Assembly (NCBI GenBank): GCA_976226885.1
Contig: OZ320315.1
Coordinates: forward strand, 89,404,001-89,468,000
Source: Iphione sp. A-MEVVRFRX5
Taxonomy: Eukaryota
Reading direction: 5' to 3'
Length of the DNA: 64,000 bases
Shown here: positions 47,007 through 60,057 of the stretch, piece by piece
How positions within the stretch are numbered: the stretch's first letter is position 1
How the letters are laid out: each line of letters starts with the position of its first letter
The notes under the pieces: model-generated
Told to the model about the DNA's origin: nothing
The model's database searches: none
What the model saw: the letters and a program-made list of their open reading frames with translations, nothing else
Translations under genes and position numbers: made by a program

Positions 47007-47839
47007 TACTTCTAGAACCTTCCTAAACATGCTTTGCTAAACACTTTCTCCGACTCTGAAAAGTTTCTGGAATGTTCTACCCACCTCACGCTACCAGTGG
47101 CCTTTTTCGGAAAATTATCCTCTGAAACCCCTTCGGAGGAAACACTCTTAATGCACATTTTGTACACTCATAACTCTGATACACTACATGTGTGTGCATT
47201 TTATGATCAAAACGAGATGCAGTGGGAATAAAGGGTCTTATGCAATGGTTAATTGATCTGATGTATGTACAATATCTATTTGGTTGTGAATTAGATACAA
47301 AGCAAGGATGATACGTTTGCTGATGCATTGTTTAGATTGTACAACTATGATATGCTCAAAATTTGTGTTTATTTAACATAGAGAGAAACTTGTTCTTTAG
47401 AGTATGTTAATCATATGTTGAGTATGTCAATCAACTGGAACTCATATCTGTAGTTTTGTGCCTCAATAGGATTCGACATTTTATTTTTTAAGCATGCATG
47501 CACTTCACTTTCTTATTACAAAATTTACATTGCTACTATCTAATGTATCCTGCCCTGACATGAATACCCCAGGTTCTCTTACAGAAAACTGATTGAACCT
47601 GTGAGCATCCCAATCTTGGGTGATGCAGTGTCCTATGACATCTTCTGTCTAAATTGAGCCAATGGAATGGAATGTTTCCTCCCTGCAGCCCCCCTTGGTG
47701 GTACGAAGAAGGGCATTAGGCTAAAACTACAGGTTCCTAGGTCATGAAGCAAGGAGGCCATATGTTCAATCTGGTACCTGGGAACAAGATGGTGGAATGA
47801 CCTACTTCTTCAATTGAGCCAATTGCACAGCTAATCTAC

Positions 47840-48167
47840 TGTAACAATAAAATGCACACCACACCAGAGGTTCGTCTTGAAAGCCTTTTATTGCTGAGTA
47901 GTGGTACAGTCTCTTATGATCATAAAGTGCAAGTCCTGCAAGTGGCGTGCAACCCTCATCTTATATACCCCTCAACAGTGTAAACATGTTCATCAAACTA
48001 TGTGAAACTCATATGTCATCCATCAATTATCTTGCAGAATGAAGAACTGACAGATATCCAATCTTAATGATATCATTAGAATGTAGAACTAAGTTCTCAT
48101 TAGATACTGTGACTCAACAGTTTTAGTTTGGCACTCATTACTGGATACATTTAAGATAGGAGTTACA
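47840..48167 (-). mobile_element. Possible solo LTR
   Basis: TGTAAC...GTTACA ends; TATA-like and AATAAA motifs on the minus strand; related motifs at 39963/40074; no TSD found. Confidence 0.35.
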
Positions 48168-50050
48168 TAAACAATATAATACCACACACAGAGTACATGT
48201 CATCATGTATGCCAACTACATAGAGACAAGTACAGGAAAAAAGGTTGCACAATTCTACTCCTTTAAAAAGGCTTATGCTTAAATCCTTATGAATTTTTAC
48301 TATACATACACAGTTTACTTTTCCTTTTTGTGACATACACAAGCTTCATTTTTGCATACCAATTTTGTCACCTTTTACCATTACTGTGTTACACTGCCTT
48401 CTGAGCTAGCAAAAAAACCTAAAGCTAATTTCAATTATGATGTATAATCAAACAAAACCCACGGTCCCAAGTTTAAATCTTAAGTTGATAAATGATATGG
48501 TTTTACATTCATTCAAAGTTTCGGGTGGTCGGTACCAAAACTAAAAACTACCAGAATCTGAAATTTTGCTTTAAGGAGTTTGCTTCTACCGAAGGTCTGA
48601 GGTGAATGGATGTAAAGTTCGTGGATGAAGGTGTCCATAATTATGATGATTAGAATGTGTAAGACCTTTACAGACAGAGGATGACATACTTGTGTTTCTT
48701 TTCGTTATTGTAGTTCTAAAAACATTGACCTAGTGACTTTGTTGAATTTCTATTGATATGCGGTAGTAGTGGAACCTGACATTTTTTTCTTATCATCGTA
48801 AAGATGTTTATGTTTTAAACTATAACATGTGTTTATGATAAAGAAGTTAAATTTTCAATCTACAATATGTTGAGGATATAGATTTAAAACTGCATCACTT
48901 GAAATGGTATTCTCAAACATCCTGGGTATCTGGTGTTGTATTCCGGGGTGCCCAACGTACTTCCACAGAATCAACACCTACAACTCCTGCATAGATACTG
49001 CAGTAACTTCTGTATTATCAGGAATTCGAACGGCAGAGGGACCTCGAATGAACTGTGCAGAGGGACTTTGACGAAATTGTCCAGAAAGACAGATGTCCAG
49101 AATACCAGTAATATTACAACACGAATTTATAGACTTGGTTCTGTCTCTTGCATGTCCATAATGTGAGATGTCGTGATGATAAAACCTTTTGGCAAAATAA
49201 AAAGGAGACATCAATAAAAACAATGCAAAACAGATATATCTGTGTATATATATACATACACTCAACCCATGTATTAAAGATACCTATTCACTAGTGACCA
49301 CATCATATTAGCGAATATAAAAATGCCGATCTATTTTTTTTGGCTGGCCTGTGCATAACTGAATTGCTTGTTCCACGCTGATGTTATAAGCATATCGCAG
49401 CCGGCGTTCGAGCAGAGCACAGACTGGCTGGATACCGTCCTCTCCATTTCAGTTCGATGGAAGCCCCTTTTTCTTCTTATGGCGTGTCAGACACCCATGA
49501 ACGTCGAGCGTCCATCTCCAGCGTTCCTCCTGTGCCCCCCCCCCCCCGCCGGCAACTTCCAGAGCCCGTGGTGTCTGGTAGAGCTATATCGCATCACTCG
49601 TCCTCCACTCGTGTTCAGTACATTATATTCCACAACTGCTCGACTGCTAACTGACAAATATAGAATTCTGATAACATTTTCACTGCCATTTCACAACGGC
49701 ATTTCCAACGTTTCGCTTCCAAACAATGACAGATGACACCCTGTTTAACCTGAAGCATATTGTATTATACAACTGACAAAGCTGGTGGTTCAAAGGGAAT
49801 GCAGAGCTCTACTCCCCCTCCCTCCCCTAACTGGCTGCAGGCATCGGCTGGCATGAAGGTTTAGATACTTCGGAAAATGTGTACCTGTGTGACTCCCCCC
49901 ATCCCTTTGCTTCCCATCTTAGCTGTCTATCTGTCGACAGACATCCTTGATATCTTTTGTCCCAGACATGCTTCAGAGCACACCACTGTCTCTCTCTTTT
50001 TTCTTCTTCGCTATCAAGTTCTCTTTCTTTCTCTCTTTCCCGTCTTTCCC

Positions 50051-50051
<1 letters not shown>

Positions 50052-50134
<83 letters not shown>
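50052..50134. repeat. (TC)n microsatellite
   Basis: Direct reading. Confidence 0.97.
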
Positions 50135-50138
<4 letters not shown>

Positions 50139-51785
50139 CGCCCCTACCTTTCCTAGCAATATCGACGTTCAAGTGACATCTAAATTACTTCAAAGAATAA
50201 GCGCCGCTTTTTCTACCCATCCATCAGCAAGAAACAATTGCTATACGGCCGACATAGATGCATAAGTTAGTGCTAACGGAACTTTGATATTTTAAGTGTG
50301 TTTTTTTTTATTTTCCTTCCTCATATTATCAGACAATCATTACTATAGCATCAATACCAGTTGTTAGTTTATACATCTCGTTGAAGGAAAAAGGTTTCTC
50401 TCTCCATCCAGCCATTACCTTTCTGTCTCTAGTTCTAACCCTACCTATATAAGTACATGTATAGTAATTCGCACAAAAAATGTACCAGAATGTATTCTCT
50501 GGTATGGACTTTTTTTAGAATTGCTTCTGTTTGATATTTTAAATCTTTTTGCTATGGCTAGGTCTAGAATATATCAGGAGCCTGCAGTAATTGTTTTCAG
50601 TATTATACAATAATTCGTTCTTGTGAGTCTTTATAGTCCCGGAGAATACCGCTGGAACATCTTTTGTGAGAATCACCTATCTGCATGTATGTCTAACCAC
50701 ATGATGGAGGCAGTGACATCAGTAAGAGAAAAAAATAAGCGTTTATGACAAAGAAGCCACTTTGTAAGGTATGATGGCCAGACCAGAAATATAAACTGAC
50801 ACAAACAGGACCATGGGGCAATTAGAACTGCATTTGCAATGGCTTAGACTGAGATTGAAAAATCAGTATGACCATATGATATTTCATCCATTCTGGCCTA
50901 ATAGACACTCACTATAAATGGTTGGGAATTCTAATCTGTCAGCTTTCACGATTGAATGTTAGTACCATACAGATAGTGTGTGGGCCTCTGTTCTTAGCAT
51001 AATCCAACCATGAGACTGGGCTTTTAGAGGTAACTTTATTCAGATTCACTTTATTATTATGGTACCATCTGTACATGTGCATGTCTATTACACCTACCGT
51101 ATAAACTTCGTTTTAGATCCTATAGCCAAACATACCTACTGATGGATTCAGGACTGCAGTTGTGGTTAAGGTTGACGAGAGGACATGGGAGCGTCAAATC
51201 CTAAATGAAAGATGGCTGTAAAATTAAAGGAGCTTTGCTGTACTTTCATAACACCCAGCGTGTGGACAAATCGACTATATGTAGTTTACGGTCAGTTATA
51301 TGAAGATCCAAAACTTCTACGGAGGGGTATTACAAAACAAAGTTTCATCACCAGATCTTCGGTGAATGATTGATAGCGTCAGTTTCCATTTTGCCGGTTA
51401 GATTTGTTTATTACGTCGCGTCGCCTTCGCCAACTGCCTTCGATGCGAATGTTGATTCAAGGTCGATGTGACGCAAGCTATTCACGCAGATAGCCCACTT
51501 ACCTGAGATGATTCGTGACTGCCTATGCATACAAAAGTCTTCTGCTTGGCCGTAAGATACTAATTTACACCGGAAAGCATGCTTCTGAATCATTATACTC
51601 TTTCTCTCCTGGTATTTACTTCTCCTTCCGGTGTGTGACGGCACTCGCCTGCATGAAAAATTAATGAACTTTACATTCATCACCGGGCGTGCCCAAAACG
51701 TTTTGAGTGGGTTATATACTGTTATGTGTGTACTAACATACGTGGAAATAGATTATCGTGAGCCTAATCATAGGTGTAGAATAAA

Positions 51786-52085
51786 TGTGTTTCCGGTAAC
51801 GTGCTGAGTAATATAGGGTTCGGAGATAGGTCGTTTTTAAACAAACAAATGTTATTAGTGAAAACAGCCAGACAGGATCTTCCAAACCTGAGGTGATCAA
51901 TTCCCCTACACTTGGATTTGAATGTAACTAATATCATATGAACGATTATGACAGGAGGTCGAAAATCAAGTACAGTATATGTCTCTTTGTTTGTCTGTAT
52001 TCCTTCCTGAGATGTTGACTAAACAACTTTGAATGAAATGTTCTATTAGAACAAAAATCGGGTCGGTCCGGTTACCACAAACACA
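51786..52085. mobile_element. Non-autonomous inverted-repeat element related to 15258-15590
   Basis: TGTGTTTCCGGTAAC versus GTTACCACAAACACA (13/15 complementary); internal GGGTCGGTC motif. Confidence 0.55.
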
Positions 52086-52843
52086 ACTACATGTATCTTT
52101 ATGCCTTCAATCAAATTCAATAATTGAATTTCCTCTTCATTTGAGGACAGGAGATCACTACTGAAACTGCGAACAATGCGTTTGAACTTAAAGTCCGATT
52201 CAGCGCAGGTAAAACAGCATACTTAATTCTAGAAAGTATTCTCAACTGTGAAAGAAGTAGCTCCACACCCAAATGTCACATAACTGCAAATCTGTGCCAG
52301 AATCCCTGATAATTCATTCACTGTAGCTCCCCACAAGAAGCTCTCTTCTCCTTAATGCATCAAGGCGAATTCAACATGAGGACGATAATGGGGGACAAAG
52401 CTGTCGGTCTTAAAATACGAACACTGTACGTGCAGCGTTTATACGTTACCGATAGCAATCTCGTACCTGGGATGTTTCTAGCACCAACCAGTGCATAAAG
52501 TTAAAAGATTCAACACTGGCATGCCAACCATAAACAGTGGCCAATACGGGAGGGCATTTCATGGGCTTCTCTTGAGTACAATAATACGGAGGGGGTATGA
52601 AAAGATTGGTATTCGATAAAACCTAATCTTATCAGAGAAGCAGTTTTCGACCATAATTGCCAGCATAATAGATTGGCGGTGGGGAGGAGGAAGGGAGGGG
52701 GGAGGTAACCTTACATGCGAACTATCCATTTCCTATCAGTAGCAACACAATCAACCAATGCAGGAAACGCGGTCGGGCACGAGTGTTCCCTCCCGTCTAC
52801 CGACTCGATAAATATAGTCGCCATAGACACTGAGATTACTCAC

Positions 52844-52865
52844 CCGGCGATTTTCATGCCGTCCT
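52844..52865 (-). CDS. Candidate 22-nt host micro-exon carrying a start codon (MKIAG)
   Basis: CTCTGCATCTTCTTTACAG|AGGACGGC ATG AAA ATC GCC GG|GTGAGT: strong acceptor and donor. Confidence 0.35.
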
Positions 52866-55469
52866 CTGTAAAGAAGATGCAGAGGTAGCAACTGTACCTC
52901 CCCCGACCGGCGCCGTACCCACGACTACAGCCCCCCCCCCCCCCCATCCCCTCTCCCCTACCATATGTCGGACCAGATCAAGGATTCGCCACCGCCATGC
53001 GTTATGCTGATTGTCTGGTGTGCCTCCAATAGATATTATCAAGGTACGTCATACACATTTACAGACAATTGTAGATCACGAATAAGTGAGCGCACGCATG
53101 GCGAATGCGCGTTTGGCTTGAAGTCAAGCCAGCGATATTGTCAATTGAGATACTAGAATGTCAAGTAAAGATACGCATATCGGATCGAAACTTTGTTAGC
53201 CAGATATGTTTATATATCTACTGAACCTTTTTTTCAAACATCGACTTGTACTCTAAGACTTTAATCCTACCAATTTTTTAATTTCGTCAGTTCGCATCGT
53301 CCGAGAGATGTCCGTTTGCAGTTGTCCCCTTAACTTTCTCTGCAGTAATTCTTTGTCAGATCACTACCCGGCTCCGCTTCAATAATGGATGCCTTGATGC
53401 TAATAGCTTTGACATTCGAATATTTCACCATCCACCAATATCCAAAATAATGAAGGACAAAAATAGCAATGCTGATACATTTACCTAACACATGCCAAAC
53501 ATAATTTGCTGTCTGAGCGAGTTTTGATAGGACAAAATTTATAACCTTAGGATTGAAGAGGGTTCTTTCTTTTTCTTAACACATATGCCCATCTCTTGTG
53601 TGATAATCCTTTAATGTGGACTACACGTCACTCCGAGAGGCAATTTCGGAGGCCAAACCGCACGGTTGAATAACTGAGAATAGATAGGGATAGGTGGGTT
53701 TTAACGTAACTGAAATGCTGCTAACCCATTTGCATTTAAAATGTCTAATTGTAAGCTGCTGCCAATATTAATTCAGTGCATCCGTCCAGAGTTGCGTGCA
53801 CTTCAAGCTTGTGTAAGGGGACTGATCCCGCGTGATAAATTACACTGCACATTTCACGTTCCATCTCTCTATAATAGGCATAAATTATTATCATGGACAC
53901 CCCATGTGTAGAACAAGAGAATCTGTGGCCAATTGGAATGTACTTTACGATGGGTCTGAACATTCACCAGCGTCATGTGATTCTGCTGAACATTTCCAAG
54001 AACAAGTTAAACAACACAGATTATCGCAACACATCCATAATATTCAGATGCATCCAGCTTGTTCCGGATCATAGTTCTAGGACAGTGAAGTTTGCTGGAA
54101 AAGAATTCGATTCGATTGGAATGCTACTTTGGCGAAGCCATGGAAGCCTTCTTTACCCCCTTCAGTTTGCTTCTCTCCATTTTCTTTCTATACCTATAGC
54201 GCCATTGTACATATGCCGCAGTCACGCAAGGGGAGAGGAGTCTTATTTTCCTTCGCCCCAAATGCCAGGCATTGCTATACGCAAAGATGGTGTTGGAGAA
54301 TTTATGCCTGATCAGTTGCCGGCCGTCAGAGGGGGCAGTCAGTATATAGCCATACTGGCCGTATTGGCCGAGGTGATCCCAGGCAGGTGCGGCATATTTC
54401 CGACTTTTATAGTACATATAATGTCACAGGAACCTCCCATACAAACTCCATGGCGGCGTAGTGATTGATAACCAACTACTAATCCGGGTCCGTGATCTTC
54501 TATGTAGAAGCTATGTGGCTATCTGTTGGAGGGTTCACCAGAGCCAGTTTCCCTTCTCGGCCCTCCTCTGTATAAACTGAAGGTGATTTCCACCAGTAGC
54601 TAGAAAGACCATGACTTACAAGCAGTTTTAGAATTAGCTGAAAACATTAACCATATTCTGTCTAGGCTAACTACAAATGATCGTGAAGTTTTATCAAGTA
54701 TATAGTTAATATCAGCTACTTTCATCCGATCTCCTGAAATTTGTGTCTTAAGTATCCCTCTTGTTCTACATGGCAGCGAATAATGTAGAAAACACATTTT
54801 TAAACCAAGTGTTTAGTTTTAAATATCAAGTGTTTATATACAGTGATGCGTTCACGAAAATAAAAACTACGTGTGTTAAAAGCAATAAATGCATGAATAT
54901 ATTTTCAGACTTTTAACACTTTTAAAATATTGAATGGTTTAATCAATTTCGATATCTAGGAATATAGGCTTACAGAGATGCTACAGTTAACACCAGATTA
55001 TTGAATGTCATATCACTTTAGCCCTTGTATTCAGTATTAATACATTACCGTGTTAATACTTAAATCTGTACGTTACAGTGTACATAAATGAGCCAATGTT
55101 TACTGTACAGATAGCTCAGGAATTTCAGGTGACCGTAAAACTATTACAATTAGAAAGTGTGGAGCAAACTCCTCATGCCATCTGTGGAACTGATCAGATG
55201 GTGTTACGTTAACAAACCCATGAAAAGGCAATCACTGAAGATTGATGCATTCGAATGGTTACCACGGCAAGAAAACCCACAAACAAGCGAAGGAAAAAGA
55301 TTTTTAAAAAGCGTCAAAGAAAACAAGTAGAAAAAGCTAACAGCTGCGGAAGGAGGGGGAATGGGAGGAAAGATTGCGGGGAGGGGAGGGAGGGAGGGAG
55401 GGAGGGGGAATCATCTGAAACAAAAATTTGAAGGGGACTGTTAAATAAAACACATTTTAAAACATTAAA

Positions 55470-55545
55470 CTGAGTTCAGCTGTTGACCCGCTGAATAAAG
55501 CATATCAGTTGAACAGCAATCAGTGGGTGAGGAAAAAGAGATGAA
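55470..55545 (+). pseudogene. Degenerate fragment resembling the 5' end of 28S rRNA
   Basis: GACCCGCTGAAT-AAAGCATATCA...TCAGTGG..GAGGAAAAAGA versus the conserved ACCCGCTGAA(C/T)TTAAGCATAT...GCGGAGGAAAAGA. Confidence 0.55.
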
Positions 55546-56849
55546 GAGTTGCAATTAAGGAAGCGGAAATGAGAAATGCTTGGCAGTGCTGGGCGGGAAG
55601 AAAAAGATGTTCCAGGTAAAATGAGTTATTGGTATGCGGAGGACATAGGACTAATAAGTAGAGGGTGCCTGGGGGGGGGGAAATCTGACTTTTTATCAAA
55701 TGCCTGTCGCATACTTAATGAACACGTGCAAAATTTGGCCAAACTGCCACGGTGAAGGCGTCTGAAAGGAAAATACATTAATTAAATCCAATGAATAAGC
55801 ATTATTGCGGAGTACAGCGCGTTGATGTAGTTGATAAAGTAGGACACTGAATAATGAAACAACTAAATTGAAAAGAGATCAATGAACATGTTGCTTATGT
55901 CAGGGGAAGTAGTTGGAGGACTCAGCAGATTAATGGCTGCTATCCATGACATAAACAGGCACAGCCATGAACAGCGAAGTAATTGTAAGTCTGTTACAGG
56001 AGGACGAATATCCTCAAGAATCTGCTTTTGTATTTTTAACCAAAAAGACATTGTTACATCTTCCCAGGTTGAAATGTCTGTTCTCTTGTAGCAATTAATT
56101 GGTCCATAGTGTGTTCGTTGAATTCGATACTTAAGTTCATAATTGTTCGGAGCAGAACAACGACATACCATCATACCTGCTATCTTCTTTAGTCACTTTT
56201 TCACCTAAAAATGGATTTCGGTGAAGCACTAGAACCACAATGTATCTGTAGGAAGGGTGAAAAGAAGGTACCCCTTCAACAGATCTATATCAAAAACGTG
56301 TCTAGCATATTCTTTAATCTGCTCAGTCTGAAGATGTGCCCTGAGGGTTTCAGGTTTGTCATTGCTATTGATAAATGATAAACGTCCACTTGAGCATGTA
56401 TCTGACCTGTGTTTGTGCTGTCGAAACATAGAATCCATTTTTCTTTGATTCTTTGGACATGATCTTACCAAAGAAGTACAGATTCCGTGCTTTTTCATGG
56501 TAACCCAGATTCGACAATACAGGAACATGGGAATATTACATTAAATGATAGTGGCTGCTACTCAGATGTGACTTATAGCATAACCAGAATAACATTTTAA
56601 TCAAACCTGTACAACAACGATATAATAGAATCAAGGATATGCTTTAATTTAAATAACATTACATGACATTCATTATTTCGCAAAATAACCTTCTAATTCA
56701 AGGTGTATGAAACAAGCGGTCCATTAAGCAGATTACACAAGATAACATTCCAGTGCGGCAAAGTTGCATCTGAAATTCCCATAATACAAAACCGTATACA
56801 TGTATTACAATATCATCGACTGTCCCCATACCATCTTCACGGGGCTGTT

Positions 56850-57610
56850 TTCAGATGCTTCTCATCCAACTGTCTGATATATAATGGTAAATTGTTCCAA
56901 GATCGTATTCCGTGATACACAAATCCATTATGATAGAACTTACAATTCGGTTTCAGAACAGATAATTCCTCATATACAGCAGTTTATGTCCTGATGTGTG
57001 CTTTTCTACTGAAAAAATAAGATTCCATATATGCATAAATCAATAACATTAAATGATACCACATTCTATATTCGTTTTACCAAATTATACAAGGCATTAT
57101 CTAATTTCTTCTTTCGCTCATCTGTTTTCCCTACAAAAAGCTCAATACCATGATTCAGAAATAGGAATAACAAATGCATTAAACGCTATTAATAAACTCC
57201 TACTATCCAGGCACCATTTGACCCTAGCCAGCAAGTAGCTCTTTGTTCTCAATTGCTTTATTTTCTGCTCAACCATTGCTCTGAACGTAAGATGTTCATC
57301 AGTCAAATATCTTAGATAATTAAAATCCTTACCTAACCCAAATTCACACCTGACAACTGCAAATGCATGTTATAGCACATATACTTTGATTTTTCCAAGA
57401 TCAGAACCATACTGTTCCTCTCACACCAGACAAATATTTGTCTAAGTGTGTTGGAGCTTCAAATTCAATGCCCAAACACTCCCACCTCATGCATATACTG
57501 TGATGTCATCTGCGTAAACTATCAATTTACTAGGAAGAACAACATCCTTCACATTATTTACTAACATCAGGAATAACCAGGGGCCCAAAAAGGACCCCTG
57601 TGGAACTAAT
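56850..57610 (-). pseudogene. Decayed CR1/L2-type LINE RT 3' fragment
   Basis: VPQGSFLGPWLFLMLVN, VYADDIT, DEHLTF, AFNAFVIP, GIRSWNNLP; multiple disablements. Confidence 0.88.
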
Positions 57611-58247
57611 ACTGTTTTTCCTTTACTGAGACATCACATCATTACAAGCACAAACATGGTCCATGTTTTTTCCTAGTACATCCAAGCACTACGGTGGTTT
57701 ACAAAAGATTCCCCAAAATGTGGGAAAAGGGACCAGAAGACAGACCAGAACACACAGATACATGAAAATTATGTGCAGGACAGAACGATCGAGTTGATCA
57801 CTTTGCATGAAGATCCTCAGACGTACCCCCTATATTGTTCCGAATCATAACCCATTATAGGGAGAATGGGAAGAATGGAACCATTACTGGGCAGGCAAAT
57901 GACATCTGCAGCTACGAAATGTACAAGGGTTTTGAATACTGCCAGAATAATATTGACATACTAAGGAATATATAGAAACCTCCTTACCTTGCCAACATGG
58001 TGACGTCTGGGCGACTCAGAGGTGGCGCATAGTATTATACGAGTGTCAATGATCATTCAACATAATTTGAGAAGGCATTACCGGTTAGAATGCATCACTG
58101 CATAATGAGACGTTCTTGAACAAGAGTACTGACAATGAAGGGAAACGGTTGTTAGTCATTTGCTCTTGAAAAGGTGAATGAAGTTACGTTGACTACACCC
58201 AACCATACGTACTGTGGTAACTCAATCCAGAAGAGCTAAAATAAGTC

Positions 58248-58439
58248 ATGCTAATCACAGTGACAAACAACGTGATGTGCAGAAAGAAGGTCTTGAAAAT
58301 AATTATTAATATTGTTAGGATGATTGGCATGGAATCAAATTGTGAAAAGGACCGTTCAAATTTCCAAGGCGAAAACCACTTAGGAAGGCTCCTCGCAGAA
58401 ATTCGGGATAGGGCAAAACAACAATCAGTCCGTCTGTAA
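58248..58439 (+). pseudogene. NADAR (YbiA-like) domain C-terminal remnant
   Basis: IG-x11-FQGENHLGRLLAEIR matches the family C-terminal motif WGxG...WxGxNxLGxxLxxxR; N-terminal part not recognisable. Confidence 0.5.
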
Positions 58440-58467
58440 AGCCGTTCTACACCGACACATAGGACAA

Positions 58468-59160
58468 ATGGCGTACTGCAAACCGGTATTGCTGAATACC
58501 AAAATTCACTGTTTTACTGACTCGCATGGGCGAGACTTGGAATATGACATCTGGAAGCAAGGCCACCAAATCGAAGTGCATAGCTTCCCAGGGCGCCGAC
58601 TGTACCAAGTCTCGAGTAAAGCAACCCAAGCCTCATTTGAGGTAAAACCGAAGCTGACCATCATATGGGCAGGTAGCAACAATCTTACCAAGCTTGACAG
58701 GTATTACCAGCTACCAACCAAAGAAACTATCCGCCAGGTACACGTTGCCACAGACTCTACATATGATTTGTTTACTCGATTCCAAATTGAACTTTATGAT
58801 GCGGAAAACATGCTTCTACAATACCTAAAGCCTTGCACGTTCGCATTTGCGACAATTACTGGAACAGATATTTTGGTTTATAATTGCAACCAGGGGAATT
58901 ATCTAATAAACCCTAACATCAAAGATTATTATCAGTTCGTGATAGACGAGGCGATTTTCAAAATTAACAACGAAATAACCGCGGTGAACGCACGTAGAGA
59001 TATGCCAACACCGTGGATAGGTGGTATTATTCACTCGAGAAACAATCGCGTTAATAACCATAAATACTTCAAATTAATAGACGGATGTCATTTCAATGTA
59101 ACGGCAAGATATCAAGCCGCGAAGGAGGTGATCAAATTTGTCACCAAATGCGCTATGTAA
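58468..59160 (+). CDS. SGNH/GDSL esterase-like LINE ORF1 protein (230 aa)
   Basis: Blocks FTDSHGR (S), SFPG (G), WAGSNN (N), LIDGCHF (DxxH) in canonical order. Confidence 0.85.
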   Translation: MAYCKPVLLNTKIHCFTDSHGRDLEYDIWKQGHQIEVHSFPGRRLYQVSSKATQASFEVKPKLTIIWAGSNNLTKLDRYYQLPTKETIRQVHVATDSTYDLFTRFQIELYDAENMLLQYLKPCTFAFATITGTDILVYNCNQGNYLINPNIKDYYQFVIDEAIFKINNEITAVNARRDMPTPWIGGIIHSRNNRVNNHKYFKLIDGCHFNVTARYQAAKEVIKFVTKCAM

Positions 59161-60057
59161 GATGCTTCAGCAAATTGAAAACTCATTTGAGTACTTTTTC
59201 ACTTGACTACACCCAAACTCATTGGAGTTTTCCAGATACCTAAGAAATATGTAGCAAAACTACATATGCCTGTCGTAATTAGCCTACGACTTAGAATCGC
59301 TTATCAGTAAAATCTGATGATTATTTAAACATGTATCTATTGTATTAGGGAATTAGCTACTGCAGGATATACCAACTGACCTTTACCGATTGTCAAAGAA
59401 TGTACTAGAATATGTTAGTACAAACCACATATTCTTACTGCACTAGATGGAGAATTAAGAGAAATGTTTGTCATGACGTCTACTGTTTGCCTACTGCTTG
59501 TCTTCACTAACATTGTTACCTGAACTAACGTACTAAAAACCAGAATGTTGTTTGAATACAATACGCGAGTAATCAAAAACTGATTCCATCTTGGATAGTA
59601 CATCCTTGTCTTGTTGAAGATTCACTACACAGCAGTAGTACCTGCTATTCTCGTTGGAGAATTGTGATGATTATTATCATTGTCAATAATGTTGTTGTTT
59701 GATCGAAATAAATACCAGTACCATTATTCGCAAGACTGATAATCCGTTACTCGCTAATCAATAGTATACTTCTACTCAATAATGAATGTATATTTAGATG
59801 CAGTTCCCTCACTCCCCACCCACTACCTTGTAGATTCTACTGTACCATGTGCAGTCACTATCAACAAGGCGTGCCTTCTGCGGCCCATCTACTCAAATAT
59901 TTTTTCCAAAATTGTCCATCAGGTTTAATACTTTATTCATTAACGATCCCATATCCAGCGAGGAAAATATCTCTTGATCACCCTCCATTTGCCAAACCCA
60001 ACGATAGTTCATTAAGGAATTTGGGAGGAAAGATGAGAGAATGTCCTAGCTTTTCTA

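Noticed and set aside
54124-54417. Glycosyltransferase-25-like GYILT...RQLI segment
   Set aside because: Single weak motif, no clear splice sites, and a competing ORF on the opposite strand.
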